NCBI GenBank assembly: GCA_043228905.1
Contig: JBHGNT010000022.1
Coordinates: 11,842,001 to 11,906,000 of the forward strand
Source: Azolla caroliniana
Taxonomy: Eukaryota; Plantae; Polypodiophyta
Direction: 5' to 3'
DNA: 64,000 nt
Shown: in pieces, positions 35,801 to 48,684 of the stretch
How positions within the stretch are numbered: position 1 is the first letter of the stretch
How the letters are laid out: the number at the start of each line of letters is the position of its first letter
Position numbers and translations under genes: made by a program
Notes under the pieces: generated by a model
Database searches by the model: none
What the model was told of the DNA's origin: nothing
Seen by the model: only the letters and a program-made list of their open reading frames with translations

Positions 35801-38570
35801 TAGGGTTTATATGATTATGGATATGTATAGATCTCAAGACTAGAGCCTTTAATTATTAGACTAGAGCCGTTACTGATTACTCTCTTTCCAATTATTTAAA
35901 AGACTCTAGAGTCCATACCCTTTTTTTGTATAGCCTTTAATTCCAATCAATGTGTGACTTTCTTGTATAACACGTGCCAATGAATGTATTTACCATCAAA
36001 CCATGTGATCTAGTATTCATCGAGTATATAATATAGAATCTTCCCACTTTATATAATTGGAATCTCATTCCACACCTATATATTAATTAATGCCATAGTT
36101 GTATATTGTAATGTTTGATGTCATATTTCATGTGGGTGTGAGTGCATTGGTTGTCGTATGCGAGCAACTCGTATTTAGCATACACCCACATGTGAAAAAC
36201 AAGACATCATGCCTATTGAAACTCATATATGATTAATGATCATAGATGTGATGCCATATTTGTGGGTCGTGGCTATGTAGTCCTCTTTTCATTATAGATA
36301 TCCCATGTGAAAAGACCAATATCTCATGTTGTGCCACCAAATTGATGGAGAAGCTACTAATGTCAAATAAATAAATAGATAAAAGTATGCACAACGTAAA
36401 CCATTCACAACCAATTGTGATGTTAATTAATATGTCACTTGGAAATAAATCCCGTTGGTGCACATTCTGAACCTTCACAATGATGGAGAAGCATGAAAAA
36501 CTTGGAACGTTAAATCACATGATCAAGTAGAAAAGACCGAGAATATAATTGGCCAAACAATAACATCATCTTGAGAGTGAAGATGCAATGTTGTGATAAA
36601 AGTCGATTGGCGAGCCTTTCCTAAACTAAGAATTTGGAACACATGTACAACAAACATGTAACACAGAACCATGGCACTGGTGACATTAAAAATTACGTTT
36701 AGGTGTACAACAAAGCATGGAGCCAAATTTGCGTAGAACATACAAACAACGATACAACAAAATATTCAAGCCAATTCCCATTTTTATTTTTTATGTTGTC
36801 AATATCATTTAAAAATCCCTCGCATGCATAAATGCTCCACTAAGCATTGTCATAATGTGAAGAGCCTACACGTAGAAATAGGTTAAGCGAAAATTTTATC
36901 ACCTTAATCCTTATCAACATTCCTTTTAAACCACTCCAAGTAACGAAGTAGAGAATTATCTCACATGTATCTGAATTGCCCTTTCATTACTTGAAACTAA
37001 ATTTCCTTTCCGTTATTCATTAACAATTGTTTTCAATTATTGACTATCTTACTCGCAATCAAACATGGATCACTACCCATTTTTTTGCTCTAAAATCATA
37101 GCTTGGAGCGCAAATTTAAACAAATTTGGAGCAATTTCATCAAACAACTGAATCTGGATTACTATGCTAAGAAATTCATTGCATGGACATGAAGATTTCA
37201 CCTTAAGAAAGACAGCAAGATTTTTGGAGCTTGATTCTGACCTCCAAGCAGAAAGTTGCAAGATCATATGTCAATTTCAGATAGTGGGAGTTGAACATGC
37301 TACATCGACCGAACATCCATCAACTTGAGGACATCCGAAGGGGGGAGGTTATAAACATAAATCTCGGGAATTTCAACGCCCCTCAAGGATGGAGGAGATA
37401 AATTTAAATTTTCAAAAACTTAAATCCCGTGAAGGAGGGAGGGCTACGTCTAAACTCTACCCATGACCACTGTTGAGTAAAGTTTTTAATCGCTAGCACA
37501 AATTTTCCTAGTTCTAATTAACCTAACCAGATTTTAAAAGTTTTAATTGGCCATTTTTCTACTAGTGTTCATGTCATCCGAAACTTCTTGAATTTTTTTA
37601 AATATCATCACATACCAAATCGTAAAGCATAAACATTAGTAAAAAAAAGTCACAATCGGTAACTAAGTATGAAAATATTGAGAACATTGGTAATTAAGTA
37701 AACCATTGAGAAAAAATTACTATAAAATATTGAAACATCACATACCATATTGAAACAAAAATACTTGATGGAACATTACATATCATAACATCAAATGCCA
37801 TATTGAAACATCACATACCAAAATCATAGAACATTTATATCTAATTCTCTTAGCAAGAGAGAGCAACAAGTCATTCATGGCATGGGGAAATTCCAAACAT
37901 ATTTGAGCAATTTTAAAATTTTTTGATCTATATCTTCTATGAAGTTCTCAATGTCATCATCATCCTAAGAAGATCTTGTCGAAATATGACGATATGTCTT
38001 GCTTCTAGATCAAGTCATGTTCTTCTAGATCAAGTCCTTCAATAGATATTCCTATCAATGCATCTACCACGTTTATTTTTACGAAATCCATGCTTTCTTA
38101 GATGTAGGCAACTAAATCCTCTTTCACATGTTATCATAGAAGAGCATGTAATCGAACGGAACCTAAACGGTTTCCCCTTTTCCATGTGGGTGTGCAGATA
38201 CGAGTTGCTCACATGAGACAACATACAAAACGAGATCAAATATGATATAAGAAATTATAGACATGACATGTATTGTTTAATCTATAAGTGTGTAAGACCT
38301 TTCAAAATGTTATTAAACAAGGAAAAATTATACATGCGTTGTATATAAAAGTGGCAAGATTATATAGATATCTATATACATATTGGCATACATGTACTTG
38401 TTTAGGGATTCGTCTTTTTATTGTTCATGAAATACTTTGTAACATGGTTTCATATGATACTTTCTAATGGAGAATCATGTTTCAAAAATCATTAAACAAT
38501 TTAAAGTTGTTAACTTCACAAATTTGTATGTTTACGATTGTCGGAAATGAGCCAAATACATAAGACATGA
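32830..38570. repeat. Degenerate copies of the MTPSL intergenic/upstream module
   Basis: Blocks at ~33880-35330 and ~35700-38570 are collinear with 7020-7482 + 22285-24424, 40850-42570 and 56148-56850 (e.g. cattatagatatcccatgtgaaaagaccaatatctcatg; attgaaacatcacatacc). Confidence 0.75.
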
Positions 38571-38573
38571 GGT

Positions 38574-39866
38574 ATGCAAATATACAACGTGCCATGCCCA
38601 CACCGAGCTACAAGCCTAAATTTGTTGCCATTGCGGTGCTCAATGGGGGCAGCCTCTGAATTGCACCCAGACCATGCCCATGTGAGTGTGGAGCACGATA
38701 CTTGGACACAAGTTTCCAGTTTCACATCGCCGTGTATCAAGTTCTTGCAAACCGAATGTGACTCACGGATCCCAACATGTGGTTCCGGTTTCATCTTGCC
38801 ACCAATCCGATGCTCGTTCCCCACCAAATTGCACCCGCAATGCGAGACTATAAGGATGGTGTGCGAGCCATGGATCCTTAACTTGGCTCGCCCCGGTTCC
38901 GAGCAGCTCATCCTCGATTGTCTCATCCCCCGCTATGTGTGCCGCCTTTTCCCGGAAGCAACCGACCTCCGAGATCTTGAAACCATCACCAATTTCATTG
39001 CTTGGTTGTTCTTGTCGGACGACATAGAAGACACTGGCCCTTTGTTACTCGGTACCGAAGGTCATGGTTTCATGGGGTCTCATGATCATGGTCCTCCATC
39101 TACCACCAATGTTTGGGCACAATCGGTTCTTTCTAAACTCCGCGACCCACAATCTCCTATCAATGTCGTCCTTTTCGACAATTCGAGTGACTGCCGTGCC
39201 CAGAGCTTAATCATGTTAGATGCATTGGGGGAACTATGGGGGAAGATCTCACCTCGGCTCGTCCCACAAGCGCGGTCGCGCTTCATATCGGTCATGCAAG
39301 ATCATCTTCATGCCGTCTGCCTTCAGCCCACAAGCAAACGAGCATTTTGGCGGCACGAGGAGGGAGGCGATATGAACAAGAACGTAGAGGAATATAGGGC
39401 TATTCGCCGGCATTCCTCGGGCTTCCTTGTCGGTTTCGAGCTAGTCCTCTACGTGTTAGGCCTAGATGAGGATCCCATCCATCTCCACCCACTCGTAGAG
39501 GAGTTCCGGGACCTCGTCTTAGACTACATATGGATGTGCAACGACATCGTGTCGTGCCACATGGAGGCTTCCCTCGGTTACAATTTCAACCTTCCGTGGG
39601 TCGTGTATGAGAGTGGTGCATTCGGGTCCTTCCAGGACTCGGTGGATGTTGTGGTGGGTATGATGAATAGTGTGGATGCTCGGTGTGCACAAGTAGTTGA
39701 TGCCATCCAACGGAATGAGGAGTTGATACGAAAGGAGCCGAAGCTCAATGCTTACTTGGCGACCATGGTGTCGTGTATGTCCGGCACGCTTTGTTGGTCC
39801 TTTGAAACCTATCGTTATGGCCTCAAACACGACAATGAGCATCACAAGCATGCAATATCTTGTTGA
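38574..39866 (+). CDS. MTPSL: MTPSL copy 3 (430 aa) with a deletion-derived N-terminus
   Basis: All catalytic motifs intact. MQIYNV from upstream DNA is fused in frame to PCPHR (residue 61 of the 484-aa form). Expression is unknown because the proximal upstream region is deleted. Confidence 0.7.
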   Translation: MQIYNVPCPHRATSLNLLPLRCSMGAASELHPDHAHVSVEHDTWTQVSSFTSPCIKFLQTECDSRIPTCGSGFILPPIRCSFPTKLHPQCETIRMVCEPWILNLARPGSEQLILDCLIPRYVCRLFPEATDLRDLETITNFIAWLFLSDDIEDTGPLLLGTEGHGFMGSHDHGPPSTTNVWAQSVLSKLRDPQSPINVVLFDNSSDCRAQSLIMLDALGELWGKISPRLVPQARSRFISVMQDHLHAVCLQPTSKRAFWRHEEGGDMNKNVEEYRAIRRHSSGFLVGFELVLYVLGLDEDPIHLHPLVEEFRDLVLDYIWMCNDIVSCHMEASLGYNFNLPWVVYESGAFGSFQDSVDVVVGMMNSVDARCAQVVDAIQRNEELIRKEPKLNAYLATMVSCMSGTLCWSFETYRYGLKHDNEHHKHAISC

Positions 39867-42820
39867 TCTAAGAATACATCCTCTTGATTTTTTTGCATGT
39901 ATGTTTTCGGATTGTCGAGAACCTAGTCTCCCCAACATTGTCTACTAATTATTATTCCATTAGCTTTTTACCATCCTATTTGACAACCTAGGGTTTTGAC
40001 TCTTGAGAATCTAAATTTGCATAAATGTGCGTGTGTATGGACCTAGTGAGATTGAGGTTTTTGGAGTGAGCGGTGCCGTGGTGTGGTGTGTCCTGTGTGA
40101 GAAAAAGTTAGGTTCCACGCGCATCTCACGAAGTGATGTATAAATGAAAATAATAATAACAAAAAATAAAACTTAAAGTAGCCTAGTGGTCCTAGCCATT
40201 TTTGAATAATCATGAAACAATTTCTATGTGAAAAACCACCAAAATCGTGGCATCTAACCTAATTGTTGTACAAACCATCAATTTTGCAACATAACTCTTC
40301 TATATTTTTGTCTACATTTTTCCCTAACCTCGTGTGTATTCTCCTTAAGCATTTGCTAATCGTGGTGGTGAATCCCCAACTTCCTCACCCCTTGTGTCTC
40401 CCCGGTCCAAGGCCCCGACGGTCTCGTTCGAGCAACACACGCACGCGAAACTTTGCGACAACGGTGAAGAGGCCAAAATCGAAGCTACGAGGGCACTCGA
40501 ACAAGCCTTTATTCCACGAAAGGAGGTCGAGTTAGAATTCTTTACCATTGAATTCTTCCTTGCTATTAGGCAATCAAAAAGAGGCTATAATGTTTTGGAT
40601 TGGTTTTAAGTGTGATTGTGTTTCCACTCAAGTGGAAACCACAAATAAAAGGCATATAAGCAAAAGATAGGGGCTGCTAGTGTAATTTCAGCGCTACTTT
40701 TTGTTTACTTATTCTTTATATGTGAAGGCCAAGGGTGTTGGAGTCTAACTAATTACTTAAGCAAAGCATAAAGAATTATATACCAAAGAAAGGAAACAAG
40801 GGTGCCAAACCACTCAAGCATCCCCTAGCCAACGGCGTGAGGCGGAACGAAAATTTCATCTCCTTAATCCTTATCAACATTCCTTTTAAACCACTCCAAG
40901 TAACGGAGTAGAGAATTATCTCACATGTACCTAGATTGCCCTTTCATTACTTGAAACTAATGTTCCCTTCCGTCATTCATTAACAATTGTTTTCAATTAT
41001 TGACTATCTTACTCGCAATCAAACATGGATCACTACCCATTTTTTTGCTCTAAAATCTGAGCTTGGAGCGCAATTTAAAACAAATCTGGAGCAATTTCAT
41101 CAAACAACTGAATCTGGATTACTATGCTAAGAAATTCATTGCATGGACATGAAGATTCCACCTCAAGAAAGACAGCAAGATTTTCGGAGCTTGATTCTGA
41201 CCTCCAAGCAGAAAGTTGCAAGATCATATGTTAATTTTAGATAGTGGGAGTTGAACATGCTACATCGACCGAACATCCATCAACTTGAGGACATCCGAAG
41301 GGGGGAGGTTATAAACATAAATCTCGGGAATTTCAACGCCCCTCAAGGAGGGAGGAGATAAATTTAAATTTTCAAAAACTTGAATCCCGTGAAGGAGGGA
41401 GGGCTACGTCTAAACTCTACCCATGACCACTGTTGAGTAAAGTTTTTAATCGCTACCACGAATTTTCCTAGTTCTAATTAACCTAACCAGATTTTAAAAG
41501 TTTTAATTGGCCATTTTTCTACTAGTGTTCATGTCATCCGAAACTTCTTGAATTTTTTTAAATATCATCACATACCAAATCGTAAGGCATAAACATTAGT
41601 AAAAAAAAGTCACAATCGGTAACTAAGTATGAAAATATTGAGAACATTGGTAACTAAGTAGACCATTGAGAAAGAATTACTATACAATATTGAAACATCA
41701 CATTCCATATTGAAACAAAAATACTTGATGGAACATTACATATCATAACATCAAATGCCATATTGAAACATCACATACCAAAATCATAGAACATTTATAT
41801 CTAATTCTCTTAGCAAGAAAGAGTAACAAGTCATTCATGGCATGGGGAAATTCCAAACATATTCGAGCAAATTTACAAAATTTTGATCTATATCTTCTAT
41901 GAAGTTCTCAATGTCATCATCACCCTAAGAAGTTCTTGCCAAAATATGACGATATGCCTTGCTTCGCCGCAACAAAATTTAGGCACCGAAGTCATGTTCT
42001 TCTAGATCAAGTCCTTCAATAGATATTCCTATCAATGCATCTACCACGTTTATTTTTACGAAATCCATGCTTTATTAGATGTAGGCAACTAAATCCTCTT
42101 TCACTTGTTATCATAGAAGACCATGTAATCGAACGGAACCTAAACGATTTCTCTTTTTCCATGTGGGTGTGCAGATACGAGTTGCTCACATGAGACAACA
42201 CACAAAACGAGATGAAATATGATATAAGAAATTATAGACATGGCATGTATTGTTTAATTTCTATAAGTGTGTAAGGCCTTTCAAAATATTATTAAACAAG
42301 GAAAATTTATACATGCGTTGTATATAAAAGTGGCAAGATTATATAGATATATATCTATACATACTGGCATACATGTGCTTGTTTAGGGATTCGTCTTTTA
42401 ATTATTCATGAAATACTTTGTAACATGGTTTCATATGATACTTTCTAATGGAGAATCATGTTTCAAAAATCATTAAGCACTTTAAAGTTGTTAACTTCTC
42501 AAATTTGTATGTTTACGATTGTGGGAAATGGGCCAAATACATAAGACATGAGGTATGCAAATATACAACGTGCAAGTGGAAATATGTGCATATTATGGAG
42601 GCATTTCCAAGCACCAGACTTGAAAGCTACAAAGACGTGTGGAACTTTTTGGACATGAGTACCTTATTTGGTATGATTATAAAAGGACTCTTGAAGTGTG
42701 ATCTATGCATAACTCAATATATATCTCAAAACCACCAACACACAACCATATCATCAAACCTCTCACCATATACATATCAATAATATAGCCATTTGACATC
42801 AACCTTACGGTAGATACTCA

Positions 42821-44275
42821 ATGGTGATCCTCAATGGGAATAATAATCTTGCGAATCTCGAGTCCGTGAGGCCGGGCTCCGTGATGTCACTACAAGGGTT
42901 AAATATAGGCTTTGTGAAACTGGCCTACAAGTGGGCCCAAGATTCCCATTTCACATTATCATCGCGCTCGATGCATACCTCCTCTCGAATCAACTCTCGG
43001 CCATGCCCACACCGAGCTACAAGCCTAAATTTGTTGCCATTGCGGTGCTCAATGGGGGCAGCCTCTGAATTGCACCCAGACCATGCCCATGTGAGTGTGG
43101 AGCACGATACTTGGACACAAGTTTCCAGTTTCACATCGCCGTGTATCAAGTTCTCGCAAACCGAATGTGACTCACGGATCCCAACTTGTGGTTCCGGTTT
43201 CATCTTGCCACCAATCCGATGCTCGTTCCCCACCAAATTGCACCCGCAATACGAGACTATAAGGATGGTGTGCGAGCCATGGATCCTTAACTTGGCTCGC
43301 CCCGGTTCCGAGCAGCTCATCCTCGATTGTCTCATCCCCCGCTATGTGTGCCGCCTTTTCCCGGAAGCAACCGACCTCCGAGATCTTGAAACCATCACCA
43401 ATTTCATTGCTTGGTTGTTCTTGTCGGACGACATAGAAGACACTGGCCCTTTGTTACTCGGTACCGAAGGTCATGGTTTCATGGGGTCTCATGATCATGG
43501 TCCTCCATCTACCACCAATGTTTGGGCACAATCGGTTCTTTCTAAACTCCGCGACCCACAATCTCCTATCAATGTCGTCCTTTTCGACAATTCGAGTGAC
43601 TGCCGTGCCCAGAGCTTAATCATGTTAGATGCATTGGGGGAACTATGGGGGAAGATCTCACCTCGGCTCGTCCCACAAGCGCGGTCGCGCTTCATATCGG
43701 TCATGCAAGATCATCTTCATGCCGTCTGCCTTCAGCCCACAAGCAAACGAGCATTTTGGCGGCACGAGGAGGGAGGCGATATGAACAAGAACGTAGAGGA
43801 ATATAGGGCTATTCGCCGGCATTCCTCGGGCTTCCTTGTCGGTTTCGAGCTAGTCCTCTACGTGTTAGGCCTAGATGAGGATCCCATCCATCTCCACCCA
43901 CTCGTAGAGGAGTTCCGGGACCTCGTCTTAGACTACATATGGATGTGCAACGACATCGTGTCGTGCCACATGGAGGCTTCCCTCGGTTACAATTTCAACC
44001 TTCCGTGGGTCGTGTATGAGAGTGGTGCATTCGGGTCCTTCCAGGACTCGGTGGATGTTGTGGTGGGTATGATGAATAGTGTGGATGCTCGGTGTGCACA
44101 AGTAGTTGATGCCATCCAACGGAATGAGGAGTTGATACGAAAGGAGCCGAAGCTCAATGCTTACTTGGCGACCATGGTGTCGTGTATGTCCGGCACGCTT
44201 TGTTGGTCCTTTGAAACCTATCGTTATGGCCTCAAACACGACAATGAGCATCACAAGCATGCAATATCTTGTTGA
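42821..44275 (+). CDS. MTPSL: MTPSL copy 4, full length, 484 aa
   Basis: Intronless ORF with DDIED, RRHSSG, NDIVSCHME and WSFETYRY, plus a ~120-aa Ser-rich N-terminal extension. Confidence 0.9.
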   Translation: MVILNGNNNLANLESVRPGSVMSLQGLNIGFVKLAYKWAQDSHFTLSSRSMHTSSRINSRPCPHRATSLNLLPLRCSMGAASELHPDHAHVSVEHDTWTQVSSFTSPCIKFSQTECDSRIPTCGSGFILPPIRCSFPTKLHPQYETIRMVCEPWILNLARPGSEQLILDCLIPRYVCRLFPEATDLRDLETITNFIAWLFLSDDIEDTGPLLLGTEGHGFMGSHDHGPPSTTNVWAQSVLSKLRDPQSPINVVLFDNSSDCRAQSLIMLDALGELWGKISPRLVPQARSRFISVMQDHLHAVCLQPTSKRAFWRHEEGGDMNKNVEEYRAIRRHSSGFLVGFELVLYVLGLDEDPIHLHPLVEEFRDLVLDYIWMCNDIVSCHMEASLGYNFNLPWVVYESGAFGSFQDSVDVVVGMMNSVDARCAQVVDAIQRNEELIRKEPKLNAYLATMVSCMSGTLCWSFETYRYGLKHDNEHHKHAISC

Positions 44276-47229
44276 TCTAAGAATACATCCTCTTGATTTT
44301 TTTGCATGTATGTTTTCGGATTGTCGAGAACCTAGTCTCCCCAACATTGTCTACTAATTATTATTCCATTAGCTTTTTACCATCCTATTTGACAACCTAG
44401 GGTTTTGACTCTTGAGAATCTAAATTTGCATAAATGTGCGTGTGTATGGACCTAGTGAGATTGAGGTTTTTGGAGTGAGCGGTGCCGTGGTGTGGTGTGT
44501 CCTGTGTGAGAAAAAGTTAGGTTCCACGCGCATCTCACGAAGTGATGTATAAATGAAAATAATAATAACAAAAAATAAAACTTAAAGTAGCCTAGTGGTC
44601 CTAGCCATTTTTGAATAATCATGAAACAATTTCTATGTGAAAAACCACCAAAATCGTGGCATCTAACCTAATTGTTGTACAAACCATCAATTTTGCAACA
44701 TAACTCTTCTATATTTTTGTCTACATTTTTCCCTAACCTCGTGTGTATTCTCCTTAAGCATTTGCTAGTCGTGGTGGTGAATCCCCAACTTCCTCACCCC
44801 TTGTGTCTCCCCGGTCCAAGGCCCCGACGGTCTCGTTCGAGCAACACACGCACGCGAAACTTTGCGACAACGGTGAAGAGGCCAAAATCGAAGCTACGAG
44901 GGCACTCGAACAAGCCTTTATTCCACGAAAGGAGGTCGAGTTAGAATTCCTTACCATTGAATTCTTCCTTGCTATTAGGCAATCAAAAAGAGGCTATAAT
45001 GTTTTGGATTGGTTTTAAGTGTGATTGTGTTTCCACTCAAGTGGAAACCACAAATAAAAGGCATATAAGCAAAAGATAGGGGCTGCTAGTGTAATTTCAA
45101 CGCTACTTTTTGTTTACTTATTCTTTATATGTGAAGGCCAAGGGTGTTGGAGTCTAACTAATTACTTAAGCAAAGCATAAAGAATTATATACCAAAGAAA
45201 GGAAACAAGGGTGCCAAACCACTCAAGCATCCCCTAGCCAACGGCGTGAGGCGGAACGAAAATTTCATCTCCTTAATCCTTATCAACATTCCTTTTAAAC
45301 CACTCCAAGTAACGGAGTAGAGAATTATCTCACATGTACCTAGATTGCCCTTTCATTACTTGAAACTAATGTTCCCTTCCGTCATTCATTAACAATTGTT
45401 TTCAATTATTGACTATCTTACTCGCAATCAAACATGGATCACTACCCATTTTTTTGCTCTAAAATCTGAGCTTGGAGCGCAATTTAAAACAAATCTGGAG
45501 CAATTTCATCAAACAACTGAATCTGGATTACTATGCTAAGAAATTCATTGCATGGACATGAAGATTCCACCTCAAGAAAGACAGCAAGATTTTCGGAGCT
45601 TGATTCTGACCTCCAAGCAGAAAGTTGCAAGATCATATGTTAATTTTAGATAGTGGGAGTTGAACATGCTACATCGACCGAACATCCATCAACTTGAGGA
45701 CATCCGAAGGGGGGAGGTTATAAACATAAATCTCGGGAATTTCAACGCCCCTCAAGGAGGGAGGAGATAAATTTAAATTTTCAAAAACTTGAATCCCGTG
45801 AAGGAGGGAGGGCTACGTCTAAACTCTACCCATGACCACTGTTGAGTAAAGTTTTTAATCGCTACCACGAATTTTCCTAGTTCTAATTAACCTAACCAGA
45901 TTTTAAAAGTTTTAATTGGCCATTTTTCTACTAGTGTTCATGTCATCCGAAACTTCTTGAATTTTTTTAAATATCATCACATACCAAATCGTAAGGCATA
46001 AACATTAGTAAAAAAAAGTCACAATCGGTAACTAAGTATGAAAATATTGAGAACATTGGTAACTAAGTAGACCATTGAGAAAGAATTACTATACAATATT
46101 GAAACATCACATTCCATATTGAAACAAAAATACTTGATGGAACATTACATATCATAACATCAAATGCCATATTGAAACATCACATACCAAAATCATAGAA
46201 CATTTATATCTAATTCTCTTAGCAAGAAAGAGTAACAAGTCATTCATGGCATGGGGAAATTCCAAACATATTCGAGCAAATTTACAAAATTTTGATCTAT
46301 ATCTTCTATGAAGTTCTCAATGTCATCATCACCCTAAGAAGTTCTTGCCAAAATATGACGATATGCCTTGCTTCGCCGCAACAAAATTTAGGCACCGAAG
46401 TCATGTTCTTCTAGATCAAGTCCTTCAATAGATATTCCTATCAATGCATCTACCACGTTTATTTTTACGAAATCCATGCTTTATTAGATGTAGGCAACTA
46501 AATCCTCTTTCACTTGTTATCATAGAAGACCATGTAATCGAACGGAACCTAAACGATTTCTCTTTTTCCATGTGGGTGTGCAGATACGAGTTGCTCACAT
46601 GAGACAACACACAAAACGAGATGAAATATGATATAAGAAATTATAGACATGGCATGTATTGTTTAATTTCTATAAGTGTGTAAGGCCTTTCAAAATATTA
46701 TTAAACAAGGAAAATTTATACATGCGTTGTATATAAAAGTGGCAAGATTATATAGATATATATCTATACATACTGGCATACATGTGCTTGTTTAGGGATT
46801 CGTCTTTTAATTATTCATGAAATACTTTGTAACATGGTTTCATATGATACTTTCTAATGGAGAATCATGTTTCAAAAATCATTAAGCACTTTAAAGTTGT
46901 TAACTTCTCAAATTTGTATGTTTACGATTGTGGGAAATGGGCCAAATACATAAGACATGAGGTATGCAAATATACAACGTGCAAGTGGAAATATGTGCAT
47001 ATTATGGAGGCATTTCCAAGCACCAGACTTGAAAGCTACAAAGACGTGTGGAACTTTTTGGACATGAGTACCTTATTTGGTATGATTATAAAAGGACTCT
47101 TGAAGTGTGATCTATGCATAACTCAATATATATCTCAAAACCACCAACACACAACCATATCATCAAACCTCTCACCATATACATATCAATAATATAGCCA
47201 TTTGACATCAACCTTACGGTAGATACTCA

Positions 47230-48684
47230 ATGGTGATCCTCAATGGGAATAATAATCTTGCGAATCTCGAGTCCGTGAGGCCGGGCTCCGTGATGTCACT
47301 ACAAGGGTTAAATATAGGCTTTGTGAAACTGGCCTCCAAGTGGGCCCAAGATTCCCATTTCACATTATCATCGCGCTCGATGCATACCTCCTCTCGAATC
47401 AACTCTCGGCCATGCCCACACCGAGCTACAAGCCTAAATTTGTTGCCATTGCGGTGCTCAATGGGGGCAGCCTCTGAATTGCACCCAGACCATGCCCATG
47501 TGAGTGTGGAGCACGATACTTGGACACAAGTTTCCAGTTTCACATCGCCGTGTATCAAGTTCTCGCAAACCGAATGTGACTCACGGATCCCAACTTGTGG
47601 TTCCGGTTTCATCTTGCCACCAATCCGATGCTCGTTCCCCACCAAATTGCACCCGCAATACGAGACTATAAGGATGGTGTGCGAGCCATGGATCCTTAAC
47701 TTGGCTCGCCCCGGTTCCGAGCAGCTCATCCTCGATTGTCTCATCCCCCGCTATGTGTGCCGCCTTTTCCCGGAAGCAACCGACCTCCGAGATCTTGAAA
47801 CCATCACCAATTTCATTGCTTGGTTGTTCTTGTCGGACGACATAGAAGACACTGGCCCTTTGTTACTCGGTACCGAAGGTCATGGTTTCATGGGGTCTCA
47901 TGATCATGGTCCTTCATCTACCACCAATGTTTGGGCACAATCGGTTCTTTCTAAACTCCGCGACCCACAATCTCCTATCAATGTCGTCCTTTTCGACAAT
48001 TCGAGTGACTGCCGTGCCCAGAGCTTAATCATGTTAGATGCATTGGGGGAACTATGGGGGAAGATCTCACCTCGGCTCGTCCCACAAGCGCGGTCGCGCT
48101 TCATATCGGTCATGCAAGATCATCTTCATGCCGTCTGCCTTCAGCCCACAAGCAAACGAGCATTTTGGCGGCACGAGGAGGGAGGCGATATGAACAAGAA
48201 CGTAGAGGAATATAGGGCTATTCGCCGGCATTCCTCGGGCTTCCTTGTCGGTTTCGAGCTAGTCCTCTACGTGTTAGGCCTAGATGAGGATCCCATCCAT
48301 CTCCACCCACTCGTAGAGGAGTTCCGGGACCTCGTCTTAGACTACATATGGATGTGCAACGACATCGTGTCGTGCCACATGGAGGCTTCCCTCGGTTACA
48401 ATTTCAACCTTCCGTGGGTCGTGTATGAGAGTGGTGCATTCGGGTCCTTCCAGGACTCGGTGGATGTTGTGGTGGGTATGATGAATAGTGTGGATGCTCG
48501 GTGTGCACAAGTAGTTGATGCCATCCAACGGAATGAGGAGTTGATACGAAAGGAGCCGAAGCTCAATGCTTACTTGGCGACCATGGTGTCGTGTATGTCC
48601 GGCACGCTTTGTTGGTCCTTTGAAACCTATCGTTATGGCCTCAAACACGACAATGAGCATCACAAGCATGCAATATCTTGTTGA
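47230..48684 (+). CDS. MTPSL: MTPSL copy 5, full length, 484 aa
   Basis: As copy 4, except KLAS (vs KLAY) and HGPSS (vs HGPPS). Confidence 0.9.
   Translation: MVILNGNNNLANLESVRPGSVMSLQGLNIGFVKLASKWAQDSHFTLSSRSMHTSSRINSRPCPHRATSLNLLPLRCSMGAASELHPDHAHVSVEHDTWTQVSSFTSPCIKFSQTECDSRIPTCGSGFILPPIRCSFPTKLHPQYETIRMVCEPWILNLARPGSEQLILDCLIPRYVCRLFPEATDLRDLETITNFIAWLFLSDDIEDTGPLLLGTEGHGFMGSHDHGPSSTTNVWAQSVLSKLRDPQSPINVVLFDNSSDCRAQSLIMLDALGELWGKISPRLVPQARSRFISVMQDHLHAVCLQPTSKRAFWRHEEGGDMNKNVEEYRAIRRHSSGFLVGFELVLYVLGLDEDPIHLHPLVEEFRDLVLDYIWMCNDIVSCHMEASLGYNFNLPWVVYESGAFGSFQDSVDVVVGMMNSVDARCAQVVDAIQRNEELIRKEPKLNAYLATMVSCMSGTLCWSFETYRYGLKHDNEHHKHAISC

Noticed and set aside
40263-40609. Small ORFs downstream of each MTPSL and antisense ORFs overlapping MTPSL
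   Set aside because: No domain signal, several rely on non-ATG starts, and frames differ between paralogs; they are shadows of duplicated DNA.
42448-42783. Repeated 111-aa ORF upstream of each MTPSL (also 46857, 51266, 57063)
   Set aside because: Recurs only because the DNA is recently duplicated; it is disrupted in the diverged copies (38467 region, 3750 region) and has no recognisable domain.
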